Origin: Trichoplax adhaerens
Taxonomy: Eukaryota; Animalia; Placozoa
Length of the DNA stretch: 64,000 nucleotides
Reading direction: 5' to 3'
Assembly: GCF_000150275.1 (NCBI RefSeq)
Contig: NW_002060944.1
Location: 1,226,911 to 1,290,910, forward strand
The notes beneath the pieces were generated by a model, which was not told the origin of the DNA, did no database searches, and worked only from the letters and a program-made list of their open reading frames with translations. Positions 53,537 to 64,000 of the stretch are shown here, piece after piece. The translations under genes and the position numbers were made by a program. Positions within the stretch are counted from its first letter, which is position 1, and every line of letters starts with the position of its first letter.

Positions 53537-55505
53537 ATGACGGATCGTAACCAACAAAATTGTCTGTCTTGCAGTACACTATCACCTGAGGTAAGCAGTT
53601 TTGGACTACATCTTAAATTAGTAAAAAATCTCTTACGTTAAGAATATTTGTATTAAAAATTTTTACATTTGACGATGATCATGTTGTTGATATCTATAAT
53701 TAATCAAAGCATGCTTTTAATTAACCTTACTTCCAAAGTTAACATTATGTATTTTTTGGCTTTCCTTAATAAGCTTAACAAAATAAGTAGTTCGTAAATC
53801 ATAATTGTATTTAAAATTGATTTGTCTCGAGTCAGCGAGTTAAATTTCTTACTACATGCTTGCTCAATATATTACTGTATCCTGTTGAGTTGCTTCAGAG
53901 CAATAAAAATTGCTTAGTTCTCTATTCAGTGGCTCGGAATGTTCTAAGCTACTTTATTCTTAGCGGCTAGTTTTATACATCAACTTTCTGAATCAATTTA
54001 TTGAGTTAATTACTTAATACTCTATTTGAATTGCGATAACTTATAACACTTGCTTCATCAAATCTGTTCCATGCTATTCCATCGGACCTTATAAAGGTCT
54101 AAATTTGGGGTACAGCCTTTCGTCTGTTCAGAAATTGCTAGTTTTTACATGGCTTCCATAGATAGTTACGTTATTGCTCATTGCAAAATACGCAACAGTA
54201 ATCTATGAATCATAATTATTACAGTGTCACTACTAGAACATAATGAATGATTACGATACAAGTTGCTTGCACCCAGCTATCAGATATTGCTAATTCAGGC
54301 GCTCATCATTTTTTTACCATAAAATAAATTTGATACTTAATGATGATTAAGTATCACCATAAGTTTTCTGACGAGTAATTGTTATCATTGAGAAACATTG
54401 TGTTAATGAAGTAGAATATTTAAATTATCGAATAGTAATGATAGGCAGATAATATTTAATTAATTGGAATATTTGTAAAAAGAAACATTTATCAAGTCTG
54501 ACAAAACATGAAAGATATTAAACAAAATCAATCATTGGTTTAAGTTGATTGATTCGGCATTCCAATTAACAAGTTGGCAATTAATTAAAACAACTTTGAC
54601 CTGTCATTGAGTAGACGTTAATTTATTCAAATTATGCCATTTAAAAATATAATATCAATGCATATACATAACAATAAGAAGTAGTTTGCATACATATGAT
54701 TGTTATTTTAATGTCAGACGACGTAACTATTAAAGTAGGACACGATGAAGTAAACGGTTGCATAAATAAAAATAGATATTAAAAAATGATCACTTAAAAC
54801 ACGCAATTGCATCATAGACAATAAAGCAATAGAAAGCATTGCTGCTACATTTGTATAGCGCGTTAGTATAATCATAAACTATTCGATAGCACTAATGAAT
54901 GTAGAAAATACTATCTATTATGGGTAAAAAAATTGCAAAACGAACTTGTATTTGAAAATAAAGATTGATCAATTTTATGTCGATATTGCTATTTTAACAA
55001 GTTTTTATTTTTGATGTTTTAGTATTGCTTTATGCATAGAATGGACGTCATGTCACAGAAATGTCTATCAATTAATCCACTTCACAACGGACAAATTTAT
55101 CCTACATTGAAATCTAATTTATATCCAACCTTACCATCTCATGAGGGTAACATGGACAACGTCAGGATTGTTGTTGGAGCTCTAGATAAGAAATCAGCAA
55201 ATCTGTCTGCCAGCAAGAAATCCAAAACGCCGGTCCCAAATGATCGCAAAGATGACAAATATTGGGACAAAAGGAAACGAAATAATGAATCGGCTAAACG
55301 CTCTCGCGAAGCAAGAAAGTTAAAAGATAACCAAGTTGCCTCACGTGCTACTTGGTTAGAAGAAGAAAATGTTAAAATAAAAGCAGAAAATGCCGCTTTA
55401 CGTGAAGAATTAGCTTGTTGGCGTTATTACTTTAGTCAGCCTTTTTCAGCTCAGTCCAATCCTAAGCCTATTTCTGGTATACCGCTGAAACCTTATCTAT
55501 TTTAA
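53537..55505 (+). CDS. PAR/NFIL3-type bZIP transcription factor, 2 exons (53537-53590, 55023-55505), 178 aa
   Basis: Exon 1 MTDRNQQNCLSCSTLSPE ends at a phase-0 GTAAGC donor; acceptor at 55022 in frame. KKSKTPVPNDRKDDKYWDKRKRNNESAKRSREARKLK plus zipper LEEENVKIKAENAALREEL is typical of HLF/TEF/DBP/NFIL3-family bZIPs. Confidence 0.93.
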
Positions 55506-58500
55506 TTGTAAAATATATAGACATTTCCAGCGTATGAAATATATAAATTGTTCTTCAAGTTTGCAGCTATTACAGAGTTGTGGAGGGTAGAAAGGAAAGA
55601 AGAATGAAATCATTCGATTAGACTGTTTCTGCGTGATTACTCATTCACTAGAATATCAGATTGGATAATAATTCTAGATAGAATGGGATAGTATTAAAAT
55701 ACCAATTGTATCTTAGCTTAGATGGTAACATTAATTAATGCATTTTAAATATTTCCTGCTACTGATTGATGCTATCCTACTGTAGATAGACAACTTATAG
55801 TGGTAATGTATGATTTGACACTTTGTAAATTAAACTCTAGAAATTGATATCATATTGACAAAGTTAACAAGTTTTTAGACCGCTTTATTTAAAATTGAAA
55901 CTATTTTATTTGTACTACATTCTTTGATATTACCTGTCATACGACCATATTCATATCTGAAACAATTATGCGCAACAGTGATAAAAATTATCCAGAATTA
56001 GAAGACAAATAATCTCTTTAGTCACATTTCTTCCTTATTCAGGCTAAAATACAATCATCATGGAACATTTTATCATAATCAATAGTTTATTTCTTTGTTT
56101 TGTATCATTTGCTAACTGACTATATCAACCTATAGACTTTAGTAGCATTAAGATAGCCGTCTAGTTAATGTTAATATTAATTACATTGCCATTAAAATAA
56201 GCGAAGTTAAATTCTTGTCTTTGTCATTGTTCTTATTTCGTTCCGTTGTTTTGTTTGCAGAAAATGATTATCTTATATTAAAGTATATCCATCAAAATAA
56301 ATAAATTATGTAAGTTTCTCTACTTAAGCACTAAAATGATGGTCTAATTTAATGCGTCATAACACGAAAAATTGTTCCGTAAAGCTATTACGTAATTAAA
56401 ATATCTATTACAGTACGTATCAGAAAATTACTGGGTAGATGTAAGGGATATTATTATAGAAATAAAATTTTAAATTCTTTATCGAAATAACAGCATACAT
56501 AAGTAGATAGTTATTAATGACACAGCCATGATCATGAGAGAATTTATATTTTTCTAAATATTGATTTATAATGATCAAATATAATCAAGCCATCAAAACT
56601 GAAAAATATTTTAAGGCAAGATATGCAGATTCTTCAATGATGTCCTAGTGTAGTGTTGCTAAATTAATGTATATTTATAGCTGTTACATAGCCATATAAA
56701 GTGAAAGAAATACAATTTTAAAGAACTGCAACCAAGATAAAGCTGTTCATATAGCATGTTTTCTAACACTAGCAATCAGCAGCAATACTCTTAGCCATGA
56801 AACTACGATCAGGACTTTTTGTTAAGGTTTTTTCATAGCCACTATCAGCAAATATACCCGAGTGCAGGCCCATCTATGATGCCATTGGTAATCTATTTGC
56901 AATATGAGTATATTTGAGTTAGCGACCTATAAATGAAGGAGAAGAATTATGCGAGATCGCTGAATATCTTTAAAACTGATAAGAAAGTATATTAAAAGTC
57001 TAGTAACTAGAATAAAAATTTACAAGATTCATTGGTTGCTTACGCCCTGGAAATTTGGTATGGAGTATTAGTTTATAAGTCAATTCATCAGTTCTAGAGT
57101 TTAATTTAGAGAGACAGTACGAAATTTTATATTTATGTAATATTTCATCTGCAAAGTGAAAGCATTCAATGTAAGTTTATGGAGCTAAGAATTCGTCAAA
57201 AAATTATCGATTACTTTTAGATCATTAATTTTATACTCTTTGTACTTATTGTCGTTAGATTAATTATTGTGAAATTGGCTATTGATTTTTATAACCTCTT
57301 CATTAGAATTTGTTAGTATTTGGAATTATGTATTATGTATACGTGTGTGAACTTGTATTTAAGTATGAAAAATGACCACTCCATGTTTTAAATATTGGAC
57401 AAAGAATGATAGCCACAAGTAGCAAGAATATAGCCACAGTTGTTGATATCAAATATAAATGAATTACTGAGTCATAAACTATTAAATCATATCAAATCTA
57501 CCGAGATCTTTGATCTTAGATCTTATCAATCGTATCATACTCGTATAACCCCTTTAACAATTTTCTTAACACTTGCTGCTAAAAGCATAGATGCATTAGG
57601 TATCAGATCAAATGTAAGCTAAAATTAATTTTATTCATGAATTACTGTATTACATAATACCTTCATCATGAGCGCTATGAAATTTTTCCATGTAAAGTGA
57701 ATCTAATGTTTTTCACGTACATGGCCTCATACGGAACTTAAGAAATACCCTTAAACAATTTAAAACAATCCTAACCTAGTAAATGATCTATCAGTACTGC
57801 ATATTGTTTTAATAGTAAAGGAGCATTCAAATTCACTCATCATACTCTCATACCAAGATTAGAAAGTGATTTTTCACAAATGAATGCAAACTTAAGCTGA
57901 CTAACGTCTCTTAATAAAAACTATTATCATAGTATAAGTAATCAAGCGGTGATAAGGCTACTACAGTAAACTAACTGATATTAAACCGCTATAATCCTCA
58001 TAACCTTGAGCAGTATACGTAATGCATCCTACTATTTCTAATAGATTAAATCATATTATCGTTAATAAGGTTCATGCTAACTGGTGTAAGATAGTTAACG
58101 ATATTCCGAAAAGCTATTATCATATGGTTATACCAACACGACATTGTTACTATCTTAGCACCACCTAATAAATAACTACAGTATTATCCACTTGGTATTA
58201 ATTGCTAGACTGCTAGACGTATTGACCATTTCCTTCATCTTTAACAATAGTACTATTGGCTGCTTTTAAAATTTAGTCTGCTTTATCTAGTACTGTAAAT
58301 CACTTAAGACATAGTTATCATCCTCCATATCCTGCAGATGAAAAGATTTACGATATAGCAAGAAGTATTCGAGGAAACCTATTCATCTGCCAGATTTATT
58401 ATTAAATGTAAGAATATCGTATTAACCTATTAGGAGAATAAAAAATAAAGAAAAACTGTCATCATAAAGACAGATTTACAGTCAAATTAGTCGGTATGAT

Positions 58501-58524
58501 TACTAAGATAATTCAGAGAAACTT

Positions 58525-59089
58525 TGTCACAAACCAACTTCGTGACAAAGATAACGCAAAATAAATCTCTAAATTACTATAGTCTCCGGGATTCAGTATT
58601 CCTTAACTACCTCACAAGATTTAGACGCCTTTGCTTCTACGTTAAAACAACTATAAAACTCTTCTTTTATTCAACTATCTATTGAGCTTAAATACCCTTC
58701 GGCAGCAGCTATCATGTATGAGTCATAACAGTTCACGAAATTTAGCTCATATTGGATGCCTAAATCAATACAGACATTATTCATAATTTTGGACTTTTAC
58801 TAAACGATTCTAGATAATTAGACTACAGTATGTCCACACACAGAATTATTTATATTATCATGTATAATTGAATATCTTCAGGATATTCATCACAAGTGTT
58901 ACAAGACATAACACTATCAATTAATATTAGTTACCTTATGAGAACTCTTACTACAATACAGTATAATTTACAGTAACAAAATAATAACTACTATAGTTCT
59001 TACTGTAAGTCATTATAAGTTATCTCTATATATAAATGTTAAGCACTAAATTTAGTCATTTACTCTTCACGGTGGCTCGTACTGTGACA
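58525..59089. mobile_element. Solo-LTR-like element, copy 2 (565 bp)
   Basis: tgtcacaaaccaacttcgtgacaa.gataacg.aaaa.aaatctctaaattactatagtct..ttcagtat..acctcacaaga.ttagacgcctttg is nearly identical to copy 1; ends cttcacggtggctcgtactgtgaca; same orientation; no exact flanking TSD. Confidence 0.75.
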
Positions 59090-62000
59090 CTGAACTTTTA
59101 TACCGAAAAGAGTAATATATCCTTAGTGCAGTACATTTAAACCTGTTCATATTATATTGGATATGGTAAATCATGTCCATCTATTTTTATTTTCAGGACG
59201 TTACAAAATAAAAACCTATAATTTAAACTAGTAATCCCACTTATAAAGATTGATAACAGTGTCATTTGTGTTGTATTTGAATAATATATATGAGCGTAGA
59301 AATAAGATAAAATATTAAGGCATTCGACAGGTTTTAAACACCAAGACTAGAAATTAGCTTAAACATAAGATATTAAATCAAATGTATGATTTATAATTAA
59401 TCGTGGCTAAAACAGACTTACTCACTATAGCGTAATCAAAAATTGCATTGATCTGTCAATTGGATAATATATTTCTCAAATAGAATTATAAAAGCAACAA
59501 TTGCACTATGTGACAAGCTGTAGCAGTTGGCTGATTACAGTAGGTAAAAAGATTAAATTAGCACAGTACTATTAATCGATTCGGCTACTTTAAACTGATT
59601 AAATAGAAGCCTAAATCGGCCCATAAATACATTCACAGCATAAAAAATAGTTAATTCTTAGGATTGATAATAGCAATGGCACGCTGCGGTATATCAACGA
59701 TGATAGTTTTTGCCCTTTACATCATCTTCAAAAATCCAAATGAATCAAATTTGATAAAACTGGATAGATAATACAAATATGGATAAATCATAAGGATAAA
59801 AGCTCTATTTACTTTCTCTCACGATCAATAAATTTACTTTCGATAGAAGATTAAGTAAGAAGAATAAATAGCTACATTTAATTACAAATCAAATCGAAAT
59901 AAGGCCTTATATCATCAAAGTTTTATTCATTAATATAATACACCTTTCAGGCCATCTCTCATAAAAGAAGGAGGAAGCTAATTTTCCTCTATGTTCACTA
60001 CTCATTATCTATTCTTCTAAGTAACTACTTCTCTATAATATTGCAAATTCCTATTAATTAGACATGTTATAATAAAAAAATTATTTCGTATCTGATTCAA
60101 TTATCAATTAGCTCGACATTTTAATTTTTGATCAACGCTTAGATTTAGTTCGTCACGGGATTACGTAATTAACAGTTCGTATTTGGAGCGCAATATCAGA
60201 GATCTATTCATTTTGAACAGCGGAATTTCAATATTATAACGACAGCTGATATCCTTCATCACCGTTGAGAGACTATCTCTATACTATAATAAAGCGCTAT
60301 AATAATAATTAATTGTAGTCTTTTAAATTGATGATCTATAACACATTTCCTGCTTATTGCAGCATATAATAAGGCTTCGTTATTACTAATAATAAAAAAA
60401 TTTATTTGTTGCCCTCCTGAGCCTTCGCCTATTTTTGTCGAGGGAATTAATGATTATAAAATATTGAATGATTTTACTCCTAGGAAAAAAAAAATGTCGT
60501 TAGTCATCTAAATTAACATCATCATTATATGTTGCTGCTACATTGACGACAAAAGGTAGCCAAATACTATAATATATTAGGGTTAATAATTAATGGTGAA
60601 TTGGATAAAAGTAATAAGAGAATAAAGTTATTGTCTTATTGCAGTATAGAATTTGATATGATAACAATACCTGGATCAGAGATGGAAATGTGTTATATTT
60701 TATATTATATTAAGTATTAGCCTATTGCTTTTAATCATCTTATGATAGTGCGATAAGCAGATTGTTATTGAATCACATGCAAGTAATCATATACAACATT
60801 CAAGCTGAGTCAATAAAATTGGAATATCGCTTCACCAACAATGCCATCAAAACGAAATTCCGTAATGGTCGTGATAGCAACAACCTATTGATAAATAAAT
60901 GATTAATAGATTAAGATAATGATCGAAGAAGTGGAAGAGAGCTAAGGAAGTACCTATATTGGATAAATTAAATCAAATTTTTATGTGTCCTTTAATTCAA
61001 AATCGTCATTAAATTTCATCATCATTATCAACAATCAGACATCGCTCTGTCAATACTATGGTATAAAGTATTTGTATTTAAGCGTATAGTGGTATAACAA
61101 ACAATATGATATTCAAATAGCTTATTAACAGGAATAATAGTAGGAAGTAACTTGCCATTGTAATGAAGAATACAGGTCAAAGATCTGCCATTTGGAGAGT
61201 TTAGTTTAATAACAAGTCAGTAAAATAAATTATTAATAAGCTTATTTCATCCTATAGTTTGCTGTGTTTTACAACCTACGTATTCTACGCTAGGTCAAAG
61301 ATATGAATTAATGAAGTAATTTTTGCTATTTCTACTTTATCATCCCACCAATGACAGGCAACTATCACTTTGCTGACAGTGTTGTTAACTATCAAGAAAG
61401 AGAAGGTAAACTCTCAGGTATTTAGAACAGCTAGCCAACCAAGTTGAATATCCTTCAGCTTACTTATTTCTTACCATAAAGCACCACTACATGAATTAAG
61501 CAATTGTACCTTATTTTTTGCTATTATATTTAGCATTGGAAATGAATCAAAAACCTTCATAATACTCTTTCTCTTTAAGGTAAGTGATGTTTCAGCTTAT
61601 TTACAATAGAAAAGAGATTGGAGCAATATCATTCATAAATCTATTTCGGCCGATGTTCGGCTAGATTCTACGCTATAGTTGATCACACTGCGTAGCGGTA
61701 TTTCGTGGTTTTTATTTTAGCATTATTGATAATCAGTGGTTGAATTATAGGTTGAATTTTATATCTGCTAATAGCATTTATATAGTGCACTAATTTTACT
61801 ACATTTATTAGTGTAGTAAGGATTGACATTTTTTCGCTACGTGAACGCATGAAATACTGTATTCAATAATGAAATCATTTTGCATTAATGAATTCAACCG
61901 TAAAATGATGTTGATCGGGTTTAATTCGTTATTACGTCAAATGAAGTTAACAAATAGACAATTTCATTATCATTTGCTTTACTTTTACGATAAAATAGAA

Positions 62001-63012
62001 TAATATAACCATTGATCGTATAATTTTGAGAGTAAAATAATCATGGTACCTTCTCGTATTAATATTATGGATTTTTAGTATTTTACCGAATAAGGTATTT
62101 TAACCTAGATCATTCTGATTTCATCATAGAATACGACATACTCAAAAAACTTAATTATTAAAATAGTAATTATCAAGTATAAAAAGATGTCCATCGATTT
62201 GATGACTAAGTCTTGATTCAAGTGAGAGGTTACAGCATTATACGTATAATAATAATAGATGGATATGAATAGAAGAGAAAAAGAGTTATCGTTTAGTATA
62301 AGAAATATTGTCTCGGAAATTCGTTATTGATATATAAAGAACATTGCGCAAGATTTTCTCATTATATCCAAGTCTATTAATTTAGCAATTATTTTAAGTC
62401 ATAAAAATATATACATACAATTGAATAACATCTGAATTTTTTTCTACCTGATCATTTTTAACTGCTAGGGCTAGATATCAAGAACTCATAATCAATGAAT
62501 GGTTTTTAAAATTAGCAAAGAATAAAGATATCGAATGTATTCAATTTAAAGCTGGACTACTTCAAAATTCAAACCTCATCTTTATATTTGATTTTTTCTA
62601 CTTCATATAATAACGTCAACATCGAATTCTTCTATTTTAGAAAGGTTCAATTTTAAGCGCGTATGATCATGATTGATGGAGTTCATTTTAAACTCTGGCA
62701 TATGACATTGTTGATTACTTCCATAAGAAATCAAGGTGAAGATACGTCATGTTCGCAAGACGAGATCTTTAACAAGGTCGTGTGAAGTTGTTATTAAAGG
62801 CAAATCAAGATCATTTTTACTTAGTAGCGTGAATTGGACTTTATTATTATAGCCAGAATTGGTTATCATGAGATGATAGTGTAGAACAATAGATCGGTAG
62901 CATAATTCAAGGCATAGGTATTTTGATCTGAAGATGATCAACACAAGATAGCGGAACTTGAAATTAAGTCTTTGCATTGACCATTTTCTGTTAGAATATC
63001 ATTTCGTTGATT

Positions 63013-64000
63013 ATGGATGTTAATTCAACTACAGATTATAATATTTCTACGCCAGTAGCTGTTATATTCATAATCTATATGTCAATAGCAACCGTTATAG
63101 GGGTTATTGGTAATATCATGGCTTTGATGGTTATCTATCATCAATCGTCATTGCATAATACTGCAGGTATCTTAATGGCCAATCTTGCTGTTGCTGATCT
63201 CTTAATTACTATCTTCAACATGCCCGCTACAATGGTCAGCTTGATTAGTAGCCGTTGGCCACTCGGTTCAATTAATTGCCAGTTCAGTGGTTTTATGATG
63301 ACTTTCGCGACTGGCGTATCTTTATTCACATTAGCTGTTATTAGTATTGATCGTTGTAAATCTATTATCAAGCCATTGCGCTATCAGCAACACTACCCAT
63401 TTCGACAATATATTGCTTTAATATCTTTGTTATGGTTATTTCCATGCTTGATGGCAACGATGCCCTTGCTTGGTTTACAGTCTATTTCACTAGGAAAATA
63501 TCAATACCTTGATTCAAAGGCTTATTGCTGGATTGCTGTCGATCAACATCGCCCTAACCTTGGCTATGTAAGTTTAGTCATGTTGAGCATGACAGCAGCA
63601 TTAGCTATCTTTACCACTTGTTATTTTATGATTTATCGCTCAGCCAAGAAGAGTTATGCTCTAATAGCTTCCCTAACACAACTGTGTGAAATTAATCGTC
63701 AAAAATTTAAATCTAATTTAAAAACAGCTTCAACATTATCTGTTATCGTTGGTGTATTTATGTTTTGTTGGTCACCGTTAGTCCTCATTGATATCGTTTC
63801 CATTTTTGCTCAAGAGCCATTTTATAATGTTGTATCGATAGCTGCACTTCGCTTGGCTTTAAGCAATTCTGCATACAACCCTATCATTTACGGCATATTT
63901 AATCAATCATTTCGTAAAGGTTTTAAGAATATTATGATCCATTGCTGTCTCTTAATGAAAAGAAAGCATAGCAACGAAGTAAAGCAATTTTATGCCGAAG
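63013..64000 (+). CDS. Intronless class A GPCR (melatonin-receptor/opsin-related appearance), truncated by the window edge
   Basis: Open frame missed by the ORF track because it has no stop in the window: MDVNSTTDYNIS..GVIGN..MANLAVADLL..WPLGSINCQFSGFMM..ISIDRC..FMFCWSPL..LALSNSAYNPIIYGIFNQSFRKGF. Confidence 0.93.
   Translation, partial: MDVNSTTDYNISTPVAVIFIIYMSIATVIGVIGNIMALMVIYHQSSLHNTAGILMANLAVADLLITIFNMPATMVSLISSRWPLGSINCQFSGFMMTFATGVSLFTLAVISIDRCKSIIKPLRYQQHYPFRQYIALISLLWLFPCLMATMPLLGLQSISLGKYQYLDSKAYCWIAVDQHRPNLGYVSLVMLSMTAALAIFTTCYFMIYRSAKKSYALIASLTQLCEINRQKFKSNLKTASTLSVIVGVFMFCWSPLVLIDIVSIFAQEPFYNVVSIAALRLALSNSAYNPIIYGIFNQSFRKGFKNIMIHCCLLMKRKHSNEVKQFYAE

Noticed and set aside
42570-59089. 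One full-length LTR retrotransposon bounded by the two LTR-like copies
   Set aside because: Copy 1 has its own TSD on both sides, the copies differ in length and sequence, and the interval holds host bZIP genes with no gag/pol.
63141-63371. Antisense ORFs (also 207-566, 7396-7647, 10237-10443, 12447-12662, 24081-24374, 30626-30862, 45610-45795)
   Set aside because: Shadows of real coding exons on the opposite strand.

Overview
AT-rich eukaryotic (animal) genomic DNA with many short GT-AG introns. The compact intron-rich housekeeping genes and intronless rhodopsin-type GPCRs suggest an early-branching invertebrate such as a placozoan (inference, not verified). The left 28 kb is gene-dense: first exon of a USP deubiquitinase (-), SNX29 (+, RUN-coiled coil-PX), NPC2 (-), RPL10 (+), a 34-bp minisatellite framed by an inverted repeat, and SNX14 (+, PXA-RGS-PX-PXC). 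The right 36 kb is gene-sparse: an intronless class A GPCR, three related two-exon bZIP-family genes, two copies of a TG...CA solo-LTR-like element, degenerate tandem repeats, and a second GPCR running off the right end. The most notable signal is the gene at 38112-38863. It keeps the leucine zipper of its two PAR/NFIL3-type bZIP neighbours, but its DNA-binding basic region is replaced by an acidic segment, making it a candidate natural dominant-negative ('A-ZIP'-like) inhibitor inside its own transcription-factor cluster. All exon models were assembled by hand from splice signals and translation; no database search was run.
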